DNA of 64,000 bases from Octopus vulgaris (taxonomy: Eukaryota), in the NCBI GenBank assembly GCA_951406725.2, contig OX597816.1, forward strand, positions 136,524,001 to 136,588,000. Reading direction: 5' to 3'. This document shows, one piece after another, positions 13,111-25,800 of the stretch; the first letter of the stretch is position 1, and each line of letters begins with the position of its first letter. The position numbers and the translations under genes were made by a program. Below the pieces are notes generated by a model, which did not search any database, was not told the origin of the DNA, and worked only from the letters and a program-made list of their open reading frames with translations.

Positions 13111-14363
13111 GAGTGTGAGAGCAATGCATGCCATCAAAGTGACACTGAGGTAAAATATACAAAGCCCAGTATATCTAATCATGACTGCCTACCCGATAAG
13201 AGTACACAAGGCACATAGATCAAAACCATATGTATGCAACATGATGATCTCATATCAAGATAAACAACGCATGATCTTACAGGTGGAGCCCAGTTAGAAT
13301 TTTCTTAAGGTCAGGTAACTCATCCCACTCAAAAGGTCCTTGAATAAGGCTTGTTTAAAGATATTGAATGAAATATCCATATTTCCAGAGACGAATTATT
13401 CAAACTCCAAAGAATTCCTCTCAACACATGGCTATGATGCTCCCCTGATACTTCTACTTGTGATCAGAAATGCACATATCATCAACATCTTGGGACATGC
13501 TTGATTGGTTATGGTCAAACAACTGACTAGTAAATCTGTGGTATTAAGCAGAATGTTTGCTGTAGCCCATATTATTATTATATGGTGGCGAGCTGGTAGA
13601 ATCGTTAGCACACTAAGCGAAATGCTTAGTGGTATTTCGTCTGCTGCTACGTTCTGAGTTCAAATTCTTCTGAAGTTGCTTTTGCCTTTCATTCTTTTGG
13701 GGTTGATAAATTAAATACTAGGGAAACACTGGGATCGATTTTATCAACTAGTCCCTTCCCCCAAAATTTCAAGCCTTGTGCCTATAGTAGAAAGGATTAT
13801 TACTATTATTGAGTGAGAAAGCAGTACATGCCATCAAAGTGATACCGGGGTAAAATATACGAAACCCAATATAATACCTATCATAACTACTCATCTGATA
13901 AGGGTACACCAGGCACATGTATCACAACCATATGTGCATCACATAGTGATCTCATATCAAGATAAACAGCGCATGACCTTGCAGGTGGAGCCCAGTTAGA
14001 ATTTTCTTCAGGTCGAGTAACCCATCCTGCTCAAAACGTCCCTGAATAAGGGTTGTTTAAAGATGTTGAATGAAACACCCATGTTTCTAAAGCTGAATTA
14101 TCAAAACCCTAAAGAATTCCTTTCAACACATGGCCATGATGCTCCCCAACTACTTCTGCTCATGGTCAGAGATGCACATATCGTCAGCCACTCAGGGACA
14201 TGCTCAACTGGTTACGGTCAAACTGACAAGCAAATCTGTGATATTAAACAGAATATTTGTTGTAGCCCATCTTTTATACTAAGACAAAACAATGTACATG
14301 AAAAAACTCCCAATCAAAGATCAGAAGCCCCAGGAGCCACTGCCTGGTATTGCATCAGGGCAT
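12285..14363 (-). mobile_element. Three copies (12285-12820, 13111-13570, 13811-14363) of an unclassified ~550-bp element with (AAT)n ends, alternating with SINE B
   Basis: Each copy starts on + with (att)n-gagtg(a/t)gaga...catgccatcaaagtga. Copies 1 and 3 end at gcatcag(a/g)gcat. A fragment also lies at ~7445-7515. Confidence 0.75.
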
Positions 14364-14919
14364 TTTTTACTACTACTTCTACTACTACTAAAACTACTAC
14401 TACTACTAATAATAATAATTCATTAAACAATATGTTCTTTTTTCTCTGCTGTAAAGTAGCTAAAATTTCTCATTTTCATTTTAACTTCTTCAAGACTGTT
14501 CTCAACATGTGATAGCATTAAAAATCCTCACTACAAAGACTCTTGCACTGTTCGGCCATGTTATAATATAAAGACACGAAGATAACTGATTGTCTTTTGT
14601 TCACCATAACAATATAGAACAACGTTTCCACAGATATGATAGCAGGTTATTCATCTCTCCAATATTCAATTGACTTTTATATTACCATTTCTGTTATCTA
14701 ATTTCTTCCAGCCATTCATACCATTCAACAGTAGAATTTATCTTGGTTTACTTCCGTTTCATTCCACTGATTAGAAAGCAATATCATTAGCAATTTAAAG
14801 TACATTGGCAAACATTCCAAGGAATATTAGGATTTCTTTCAATTTCTGTCAAGCCTTATGGAGTCCAATGTCTACAACATATCCAGAATATATTTCTGAT
14901 AATTCCCCCCCACTCTACA

Positions 14920-14979
<60 letters not shown>

Positions 14980-15199
14980 ACAAACGTATTCTTTTTTTTT
15001 TTTTTTTAATTGTTTTTGCTTGTAAATCTACTGAAGTAATTTCAAGAAAAGCAATGTTACCTGATGATAATCAGTCCAATTACATTTGTCTTTGTAATTG
15101 TCAGATATTTCTCCATATTTAAAAGTCTTATTGATGATTACATTTTCTGCCTTGCTAATTCCATATTTTTATTCATTCATTCATTTATTCATTTATTCT

Positions 15200-17000
15200 T
15201 GATTTGTTAAGTGAGACGTTTTGAGCAGTTTTACCGTGGCTGTGTCAATAACCTTTACAATAACTCTTTGAGACTGGTCAGAATGATGCTGTTTGAACAT
15301 CTATAGTTTCATATCAGTAAGAAAAGAATTGCTGGGAATATACTTGTGGAGAAGAAAGATTAGGCCTAGTGTTTTATTGCTAGGTTTGAGAAAAGGGAAG
15401 ATGGATGGATGCGGGGAACCAATATGCAGCTGGCTATTTCAGAAGAGAAGAGACTAATGTAGTAGCCATAGAAAAGGCAGAGAGAAGAGACAGCATGTTT
15501 GGGAGTTAGATTTATATGTTACCATTGAAGGTTGTTCTTAAGGTTATTCATTGTTATGGAGACAATGTATGTATGCAGTAAGAAGGTATTTAGGTTGTGG
15601 GCAGATGATAATTTATCTTTCATTTGTTTCAGTCATTAGACTGAGACCATGCTGGGGCACTGTCTTAAAGGATTTTTAGTTGAACGAATTGACCCCAGCA
15701 CCATTTTTTTTTAAGGCTGGTACTTATTCTTTCGATCTCCTTTGTCAAACTGCTAAGTTATGGAGATGTAATCACACTAACACCATACTAACACTGGTTA
15801 TCAAGTGGTGGTGGGGTGGGGGACAAACAGATACACAAAGACACACACACACACATGACTGGCTTCTGTCAGTTTCCATCCACCAAATTCACTCGCAAGG
15901 CTTTGGTTGGCCTGAGAATATAGTAAAAGACACTTGCTCAAGATGCCACACAGTGGGACTGAACCCAGAACCATGAGGTTGGGAAGCAAACTTCTTACCT
16001 CACAGCCACGCCATGATGATGAAAAGTCCGCATGGGAGTACGTGTTGTTGAAAGTGATACTAATTAGATCTTTAATGAGGAGGATGAAGAATGTGCTGAG
16101 ATTGAGGGGTGGGGAATATGAGGAAGTGGAATTTGAGCAGAGTTATGTTGAGAGGGTGAATTGTAGAGTTGCAAGCGACACAGGCAGCAAATATAATTGC
16201 TGCTAATAGAACGATTTTGGTTGAGAAGTAATGGGTAAGAGGAGGATCCTGTAAAGTCAGGGACCCTCTTGGCAAGGAATCAGAAGGCTCTGTTGCAATT
16301 TGCTAGATGGGAATGCTTGCAAGTTACATGGCATATATTTGCTCATTTGATTGTAGACTTGCAGATGTTGCAATGAAGTGAAAAGCCTTGTAGTTGTCTT
16401 TTTTTAGTTTCCTTCTTCAGTTATGCCAACTCATAAGGGCTGGTTTCCATAACATATAAACTCCCCACCCAGATAGGACGCCGGTCTGTTGTAGGATTAC
16501 TCATTTTTGCCAGCTGAGTGAACTGGAGCAACATGAAATGAAGTGTTTTGCTCAAGAACACTTGTCACCCAGTCCAGGAATCAAAATTACAATCCTACGA
16601 TCATGAGTCCAACACTCTAACCACTAAGCCACGTGCCTCCACTCCTTGTAGCCGGTAGTGGCAACTGACTTATAGACAGTGGTTTTGCCCTTACTTGTGC
16701 TGCCTATAGCTTTAGATTAACTGTTTTAGTGTTATGATTGAGATAGGAATGCGTAGGGACATGCCCAGGATAATAGCTGAAAGAGGTCAGGGTTAAAACA
16801 CATTTTTTACCTAAGGTAGTTACTGTAGAAGTGACTGAAGTTTAACCAATTAGCTGATTTGAACTGCAAAGGGTCAGGGATAGCATGTGATAGGAAGAAG
16901 TGCAATGTGTTGCCTCAAGTATCCAATGATTGATGGTCCAGTGAGCAAAGAGACACATTTGGAGTATACTTCAGAGTCAACTGACCATTGGCCCAATGAA
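15200..17000 (-). mobile_element. Decayed CR1/Jockey-type LINE, interrupted by SINEs
   Basis: Minus-strand remnants PRGSLTLQDP...ACNSTIH and VSSLCLFYGYYISLFSSEIAS resemble LINE ORF2 segments; boundaries approximate. Confidence 0.5.
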
Positions 17001-17339
17001 CCAATGACAGCCTTGGTAGTGGTTCATCTTGCTAAAAATAGCAGCTGAATTTTTTTCAATCTAGCTATACCCTTCTGTCTTTAAACGATAAGGGATACAT
17101 TAGATATTGTAGTTTTAAATGCCCAATGTCTGAGGGAAGGATTGGATGTTTGTAACTGGAATACATTTGATGAAAGGTCTTCTAAGTCAGGACTGACCTG
17201 AAGCTTAAACAGAGTATTGAGATGGTGCATACTCATTCAACTAACTGCCTCTGCAGTAAACTATTGACATAGCTTGCCCTGCATAGCATTGATTTGGAAT
17301 ATGATCTTGTAGTTGCAACTGTAGGCTCTTTCATCTCTC

Positions 17340-17884
17340 ACTGTCTGTTTGTCTGTCTGTCTCACTCCTTGTTCCTCTCTGACACTGTTTACAAAAGTGC
17401 TTGGAAGGAATGTGTATAGCATGTGATCATTGCATTGACCATGACAGAGAAAGTTGTCATGGCGATACCTGCTCAGAAGCCTAAGCAAAGTTGCAGAAAA
17501 TGTATGGAGAGGAGGGCATGAGCTGCACACAAATGTACAAGTGGTTCAGACATTTCCAAAATGGCCTAAAAAAGGTCGATAGTGACAAACGTTCTGGAAG
17601 ACCCACAACCAGCAGAACTGAGAAAAACATCACAGATGTGCATGCAGCTGTGAAGGGAAATTGTCTAATCACCATCCGTAAGTTATCAGAGTATGTGCAG
17701 ATTAGTTATGGTTCAGTTCAGTCCTTTATCACTGAAGATTTGGGTATGAGACACGTGTCTCATACCCAGCTTAGTGCACGTGCACACCAGAGTTCAAGGT
17801 CAGCCTGTGTCAAGTGGCTTCACTCTGCATGCTTTACCTTTTTTACTATGGCAAACGTCTGGATACTTATTGATCAGACCACGT
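17340..17884 (+). mobile_element. Internally deleted mariner (Mos1-like) transposon relic with N-terminal HTH coding remnant
   Basis: ORF 17491 reads QKMYGEEGMSCTQMYKWFRHFQNG...DDKRSGRP-like...ITIRKLSEYVQISYGSVQSFITEDLGMRHVS, typical of a mariner HTH region. TIR-like end (cttattgatcagaccacgtg) near 17866-17885. No catalytic domain. Confidence 0.8.
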
Positions 17885-18863
17885 GTGTATGTATTTGTGT
17901 GTGTACTGACACACACATTCAAATATACATGTAAAAATTTCCTTTCTTTTAAGCTTTATTCTTTTATTTTTGCCTGCAGCAATATATCATGTTTATACCT
18001 ACTAGTGAGTGAGATCTACAACACTTGATTTACTGTCTTCCTCCCAGCTATTACCTTCACAGTTGACCTCATTGTTATTGATGTTACATATTTTTGAAAA
18101 CTTATGTATGAAATGATGTTTGCGCATTAGCTTTTGTAAGGGGATAAAATTGTTTTGGGTTGTTTTTTTTTTTGTTTTTTTTTTCCAGTAATAATGATAG
18201 TAGTAATAATAATATTTGAATAGCATTTCAACTTAGAACATGAGGAGCCGGAAGAAATACCACTATGTATTTTGTCCAACATGGTAACAATTCTGCTGAC
18301 TTGCCTTCGTCATCATCATCATCATCGTTTAACGTCCGTTTTCTGTGCTAGCACGGGTTGGACGGTTCGACCGGGGTCTGGGAAGTCAGGAGGCTGCACC
18401 AGGCTCCAGTCTGATCTGGCAGTGTTTCTACAGCTGGATGCCCTTCCTAACGCCAACCACTCCGTGAGTGTAGTGGGTGCTTTTTATGTGCCACCAGCGC
18501 AGGGCAATGGCACGTAAAAAGGCCTGAAATTTCAGGGAGAGAGCTAGTTGATTACATCAGTCCAGTGCTTAACTTGATACTTATTTCATTGATCCTGAAA
18601 GGATGAAAGGCAAAGCCAACCTCAGTAGAGTTTGAACTCAGTCTGTAAGGCCAGACAAGATTTTGCTAAGCATTTTGTCTGGCATGCTAACACATTGCTA
18701 TAAAAACTAGAAGAAATAATGATCCTTTCTACTTTAGGCACAAGGCCTGTAGAATGATTCCAGTGCTTAACTGGTGCTTATTTCATTGAGCCTGAAAAAA
18801 CGAAAGGCAAAGTTGACAGAGCTATGTGATTAGGAAGCAAGTTTCTTACCACACAGCCTCACC

Positions 18864-18906
18864 TTGCATACATGTATTTCAACCTTAACTGATTTCATCA
18901 GTGCAA
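18864..18906 (-). ncRNA. Minimal type I hammerhead ribozyme motif with complete core
   Basis: Minus strand: UUGCA-CUGAUGA-AAUC(AGUUAA)GGUU-GAAA-U(ACAU)GUA^UGCAA. 5-bp stem I, 4-bp stem II, palindromic UACAUGUA stem III, GUA cleavage triplet. Confidence 0.65.
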
Positions 18907-19736
18907 TGCTGGATCTTAGTATTAAGTTAATTTAAGGTGGCAAGCTGGCATAATCGTTAGCACACCAGACAAATGCTTAGCAGTATTTTGTCCATCTTTA
19001 CATTCTGAATTCAAATTCCACCAAGATTGGACTTTGCCTTTCATCCTTTTGGAGTCAATAAAATAAATACCAGTTGAACTCTGGGGTTGATGTAATTAAC
19101 TTACCCTCCTCCAAAGTTGCTGGTTTTGTGCCAGAATTTCAAGTTAGTATTAAATTGATTTACTTATGGAAATCAGATTAGTTTTTCATATTGGAGAGGG
19201 AGGGGGAGGATGGGGAGAGAGAGAGTGGTGGGAGTGATTACTGTACTTATGCAAAGCGTACGTGTAAAGATATCTTTTATCTCTTGGTTATCATTGTAAC
19301 TATGCTTCATATGTGTATATCTTCTTAACAAACAAAGTATACATTCAATTCGCTACTTTCTCCATCTGGCTACTGCCACTACCACACTGCACCCTACTAA
19401 CAGCTAGCTTACTGCCTTGAACAACAACAACAACAATAATAATAATAATAACAATAATAACAATAAGAGCACTCAGAGAGCGCAAACCTCCACCAAGGCA
19501 ATATCAATGTCCTCTCGACCTGAAATTTTGAGGGAGGGGGCTAGTCGATTACATCAACCCCAGTGTGTAACTGGTACTTATCCCATCAACCCCAGTGTGT
19601 AACTGGTACTTATCCCATTGACCCTGAAAGGATGAAAGGCAAAGTTGACCCCAGTGGAATGTGAACACAAAATGTGAAGATGGACAAAATACCGCTAAAA
19701 TGCCCGGCTTCTTAATGATTTTTCCAGCTTGTTGCC

Positions 19737-19769
<33 letters not shown>

Positions 19770-20098
19770 GTTTCAAATTTTGCCACAAGGGCAACAATTT
19801 GGGGGAAGGATTTAAGTCAATAACATCAACCCCAGCGTACATCTGGTACTTATTTTATCAACTCTGAAAGGATGAAAGGCAAAGTCGGCTTCGGTTGAAT
19901 TTGAACTCAGAATGTAGCAACAGATGAAATACTGCGAAGCATTTCACCAGGTGTGCTAATGATTCTACCAGGTAAAAGGACAAAAGGTAAAATCAACCTC
20001 GGTAGCATTTGAACTAAGAACATGAAGATGAACAAAATACTGCTAAGCATTTTGCCTGACATGCTATCTATTCTGCCAGCTTGCTGCCTTAATAATAA

Positions 20099-20139
<41 letters not shown>

Positions 20140-20269
20140 ATTGTCATCATCATCATCATCCTTTCTACTATAGGCATAATTTGAACTCAGAATGTAGCAA
20201 CGGGCGAAATACCACTAAGCATTTCATTTAGTGTGGTAACAATTCAGCCATCTGGCCACCTTAATAATA

Positions 20270-20636
20270 ATAACAAGAGCACTCAGCACAAACCTCCACC
20301 AAGCCAACAACAACGTCCTCTCAATGATTAGCTAGAGATGATTTTTAAAATGAGATTATTTTAAATAAACTCGACTGCTTTCACAAACAAGAATACTAAA
20401 AATGAACCTGACTGCTCTCAAAAATTAAGTAAAAAAAAAAAAAAAACAGGAAAAATAATCCAGAAACCTTGTCCAATACTGGATTGATCCCAAAATTTAA
20501 TCACTTTGTGCCAGTCATGAGGCCAAACATCCCTGAAAGTATCATCCGAATCCATCAAGTGGTTCTTGAGATATCTTGTCCACGGACAAACAAACAAACG
20601 ACTGAAAACAATACCTCCGCCTTAGCGGGAGACAAA
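20270..20636 (+). mobile_element. Helentron/HINE-like or Crypton-like non-autonomous DNA element
   Basis: Starts aacaagagcactcag..acctccaccaag and ends with (aaac)n then acctccgccttagcggga hairpin; partial copy at ~19440-19497. Confidence 0.45.
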
Positions 20637-20704
20637 GGGGCTGAAAATTTGAGGAGGGGGGGTAGTAATAATCATCACCAAATCTTCATGTCCACAATAT
20701 TATA

Positions 20705-21370
20705 TTTTATCTTACCACTGTAGCCTCAGCCACTGTGCTCTGGCCTTCACCTCACTAACTATAGCCACTACTATAGCTACTACCACACTTCTGCAGCCAC
20801 TCCACCACAGCTCCCACAGCCATTACCAATCTAGTACAATTGTCAATACTGATGTTATTTGTACTTTCTATGGTCATCCTCTCATCATTAGGTAGCTTCT
20901 ACTACACTATTGCTGCTGTTACCACAGTATCATAGTCACTGATTGCCATCCCCACACCATTAGAGATGCTCTAACACTACTCCCACAACCTTTACCACTA
21001 TATAAGCTACTATGACATTACTATGGCCACTCCCTAACTGTTATAGCTACTCCCACTCTACTCTTGCAGCCATCATCACTATATAAGCCACTACCAGATT
21101 AATGCAACCACCCCACCCCACCCCGACCATTGTAGCTACACCCACACTACTCCTACAATTACCATCACTATAGATAGTAACATAGCACTGCAGCTATTAC
21201 CCCCTCCCCCATCTCATTACGAAGTACAGCATGCCTTCAACTGTCAGCTCACTAATATAGGCACTAACTCACCTCGCTATTACAACCAATACCACTTTTC
21301 GGAGCTGTCACAATACTACAACACTAGCCACTACATTAGTACAGACATTACCATTTCAGCTACCACAGAA
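20705..21370. repeat. C/A-rich cryptic simple repeat (decayed CACTAC/ACT)
   Basis: Recurrent ccactact/agctac motifs; similar tracts at 22010-22150, 29640-29790, 35400-35740. Confidence 0.6.
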
Positions 21371-21383
21371 CTAGGAACATTCC

Positions 21384-21415
<32 letters not shown>

Positions 21416-22444
21416 AGTAATTAGCAGGAGTCAATGACTCAGAGGGCATGAATTTTGTGTTTTGGCACTTAACAAACTTCCATTAGTGACAACACACAAT
21501 ACTCTTGGCCTTTGAGTCACTCTGTTATTTCTGCTCATTATTAATATTGATAATAAAAATATTATATACTCGTGTTTTAAATTCTACTTCCGTTTGCATT
21601 TGCTCTAGATGATGTGTATGTATGTATATAAAATATATATTAGTGTGTGTGTGTGTATTGATATATATACCATTGGTGGTTGTTGTATTGGGTGTGGCAG
21701 CACACCCAGTGCCACCAAATTTTAAGCAGAGGTATAACAAAAGTTTTCTATTAAGATTTGTGATTAAATTAGTGAGTGAGGTTAGTATTTATAAAGAATT
21801 TGCCATCTTCAATGGGTGTGCAGTGCACACCTAGTGCACGCGGAATATACACCCTTGATATATACATATATATTTGTGTGTGTATGTATATATATATATA
21901 TTATTCCTTTATGTGTTCCAGCCCAATGGATGTGGCCATGCTGGGGCACAGCCATTTATATGTACCACAACAGTTCAGGCATAAACACAATACTTCTTCC
22001 CCTCACCATTCTAGCCATTCTCCACTATATATTTACTAGCACACTATTTTAGCCAACACCATTATACTAGCCACTACAACACTTCTACAACCATTGCTAC
22101 TGTAGCTACATGCCACAGTACTACAGCCTTGACCACTACAACTGCTAACACATCTCTCTCTCTCCTCTGTCTTTCTTTCTCCTTCTGCCTCTCTCTTACT
22201 ATATATATATATCATCATCATCGTTTAATGTCCGTTTTCCATGTTGGCATGGGTTGGACGGTTTGACTGAGGTCTGGAAAGCCAGCAGCTGCTCCAGGCG
22301 CCAATCTGATCTGGCAATGTTTCTACAGTTCAATGCCCTTCCTAACACCAACCACTCCAAGAGTGTACTTGATGCTTTTTACAGGAGCCAGTCAGGTGGC
22401 CCTGGCATTAATCATGTTCAGATAGTGCTTTTTATGTGCCACTT

Positions 22445-22740
<296 letters not shown>

Positions 22741-23176
22741 CTTTGTGTCTGTGTTTGTTCCCCCACCATCATCTGACAACCAGTGCTGGTGTGTTTTAAC
22801 GTCCCCACAACTTAGCAGTTCAGCAAAAGAGACCAAAAGAATAATTACTAGGTTTCAAAAGAAATATGTCCCAGTATAGATTTGTTCAACTGAAAAAGAA
22901 AAAAAAAAACCTTCAAGGCAGTGCTCCAGCATGGGCGTAGTCAAGTGACAAGAAACAAGTATACGATAGAGATATAAGAATTGCAAGAAATATCGATACT
23001 TGTACAATAGTATAAATTATACAAGCTTATTTAATACTGTACGGTTGATGGTACTGTGAAATAGGGGGCTGCCCAGTAAAACTAGCCTGTCAGCTGTGGG
23101 GATATGGAAGTTCCTGCTTGAAAATTAGTGCAAAACTTGTACCTGTGTTGTACACTATCCTCTCTCTCCCTCTCCC

Positions 23177-23223
<47 letters not shown>

Positions 23224-23611
23224 TGGTCACAATGGAAGAGTGCAAGGGGAACTTAGAATCCATCAGCTGTTTCCTTGCACCTCTTCTTTGGTGATGTACA
23301 TTCCATATAAGTCTTATGAGGCTGCTGTTGAAACTATAGCTTTTTTGTTGTTGTTGTTCTGTATGTATGAGAGTCCCATGCAAGCAGTCACACGACCACG
23401 ACCTGCTAGAAATAGCAACCAAACCTGCTTCAAAGTGCGTGTTTACTGTCTTAAATATAGATGTATATATACGCCGAGTGAAATTAGTCTTCAGTATAAT
23501 ACATTAGAAGTGGGGGATGGACACAGCTGCCTGTTAAAAGATGTGTAGTCTTGCGTCTGTGTACAGAGTAATGCACTGAAGTAGTTGTCGTGAGAGCTGA
23601 AATGCAAGGAA

Positions 23612-23700
23612 GCAACAACAACAACAGCAGCAGCAGCAGCAGCAATAACAACAGCAGCAGTATCAGGAATGTAAGCAACAATAATAGCAGCAGCAGCAGC
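23612..23700. repeat. (CAA)/(CAG) trinucleotide tract, intronic
   Basis: Direct reading. Confidence 0.85.
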
Positions 23701-23901
23701 TATTTCAAGGGAGATCACCCTTTGCTTGCATTTATAAATGCTACTAGAATATGTAGCAATAATGACCCCAGTATTTTAAGGGGGTAGGTAACACAGTCAT
23801 ACAGTAGTTATATGTTAGTATGTCTAGATAAATATAAATGAGTATACTTGTAGGAGTGCTGTTGTATATGTATGCGTGTATATATGTATACATGTATATA
23901 T

Positions 23902-23945
<44 letters not shown>

Positions 23946-24121
23946 ATATATGTATGCATGTATATATGTATACATGTATATATATACATACATATATATA
24001 TATATATATATATGTGTATATATATATATATATATAGTGCTGTTGTATATGTATACACATATATACATATATGTATATATGTATGCATACACACACACAC
24101 ACATATATATATATATGTGTG

Positions 24122-24423
24122 TGGAGGCGCAATGGCCCAGTGGTTAGGGCAGCAGACTCGCGGTCATAGGATCGCGGTTTTGATTCCCAGATCGGGCTTT
24201 GTGAGTGATTATTGAGCAAAAACACCTAAAGCTCCACGAGGCTCCAGCAGGGGGTGGGTGGCGATCCCTGCTGTACTCTTTCGCCACAACTTTCTCTCAC
24301 TCTTTCTTCTGTTGGCCTGCTCGCTTAGCCAGCGGGGTGGTGTCATTTGAAGGCTAAAACAATCTGAAGCGCATTGTGACCAGCGACGTGTAACAACATC
24401 TGATAGCCTGGTCGGTCACGGTG
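24122..24423 (+). mobile_element. tRNA-derived SINE family D in a (TA/TG)n tract
   Basis: ggaggcgcaatggcccagtggttagggcagcagactcg tRNA-like head with B-box-like ggttttgattccc; CpG-rich, suggesting a young copy. Confidence 0.75.
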
Positions 24424-24458
<35 letters not shown>

Positions 24459-24607
24459 TATTTACATACACACGTACAGATATATATACACACGCACACA
24501 TATACATGCACACATGGTGTGTGTGTATATTAAACGAGAATTTTGTTGAGAGTGACTTTGAAGTTTCGACCAGCTGAGCTACTTGTTTGAGAATAATAAA
24601 CTTGTAT

Positions 24608-25000
24608 AGGCGCAGGAGTGGCTGTGTGGTAAGTAGCTTGCTAACCAACCACATGGTTCTGGGTTCAGTCCCACTGCGTGGCATCTTGGGCAAGTGTCTT
24701 CTACTATAGCCTCGGGCCGACCAATGCCTTGTGAGTGGATTTGGTAGACGGAAACTGAAAGAAGCCCATCGTATATATGTATATATATATATGTATGTGT
24801 GTGTTTGTGTTTGTCCCCCCAACATCGCTTGACAACCGATGTTGGTGTGTTTACGTCCCCGTCACTTAGCGGTTCAGCAATAGAGACCAATAGAATAAGT
24901 ACTATTCTTACAAAGAATAAGTCCTGTGGTCGATTTGCTCGACTAAAGGCGGTGCTCCAGCATGGCCACAGTCAAATGACTGAAACAAGTAAAAGAGAGA
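24608..25000 (+). mobile_element. tRNA-derived CORE-like SINE family A (well-preserved copy; roughly 40 copies or fragments in the window)
   Basis: A-box-like TGGCTGTGTGG, B-box-like GGTTCAGTCC, CORE-like cttgggcaagtgtctt, internal (TA/TG)n and gaaacaagtaaaag tail. Other copies e.g. 5293-5710, 6714-7105, 15615-16010(-), 36617-37000, 42103-42482, 54556-54935, 56838-57185. Confidence 0.85.
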
Positions 25001-25091
25001 GTATTCTGCAAAAGTACAGAGTAACCCATCAGATTAAAGTAAAATTATTTTTATTAATAAATTTATCAATAAATAAATGAATAAACATTAA

Positions 25092-25124
<33 letters not shown>

Positions 25125-25206
25125 TTGTTATGCAAGTACATTTAAGATTTTTAGATATATATATATATATGTGTGTGTGTGCAAGTACACTTCAGTTTTA
25201 TATATA

Positions 25207-25433
25207 CAGTAATCTATCACCATATCGCAGTTCACTTATCACGGTTTATTATTTAAGCTTATGTCATTTCCTCCGTGGTGTTGTTTTGCATTTATGATAA
25301 AATAAATATATACAAATTATAAAAATAATAAAAAGTAAATATACAGTATAGTACTGTTTCTACTTCACAGAATTTTCACCTATCACGCAGTGTGGGGTGG
25401 AACATAACACCCGCGATAGTTAAAGAATTACTA
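25207..25433. mobile_element. Tigger/pogo-type MITE
   Basis: Imperfect TIRs cagtaatc..atcgcag / ccgcgatagt..aattacta in a TA context. Confidence 0.6.
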
Positions 25434-25489
<56 letters not shown>

Positions 25490-25800
25490 TGAAGATGTAT
25501 GGCTCAGTGGTTAGACCGTCGAGCTTACGATCGTGGGGTTGTGAGTTCAAATTCCGGACTGGGCTGTGTGTTGTGTTCTTGAGCAAGACACTTTATTTCA
25601 TGTTGCTCCAGTTCACTCAGCTGTAGAAATGAGTTGCAGTGTCACAGGTGCCAAGCTGTACCTGCTGTTGCCTTTCCCTTGGATAACACTGGTGGCGTGG
25701 AGAGGGGAGGCCGGTATGCATGGGCAACTCAGGACTTGTGCCTGAGAGGGTAACTTTCTAGGTGCAATCCCACGGTCAGTCATAACCAAAGGATGTCTCA
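25490..25800 (+). mobile_element. tRNA-derived SINE family C
   Basis: tggctcagtggttag A-box, gagttcaaattcc B-box, gtgttcttgagcaagacacttt core. Copies at ~1085-1310(-), 16430-16640(-), 28950-29210, 34060-34205(-), 55833-56155, 60402-60745(-). Confidence 0.8.

Noticed and set aside
14063-14512. 149-aa ORF in the triplicated element
   Set aside because: No equivalent ORF in the other two copies and no recognisable domain.
23590-23787. Poly-S/N or poly-Q-like ORF
   Set aside because: Trinucleotide repeat without convincing splice sites or homology.
24122-24195. tRNA-like sequence
   Set aside because: SINE head: no proper acceptor stem, and it runs into the SINE body; not a tRNA gene.
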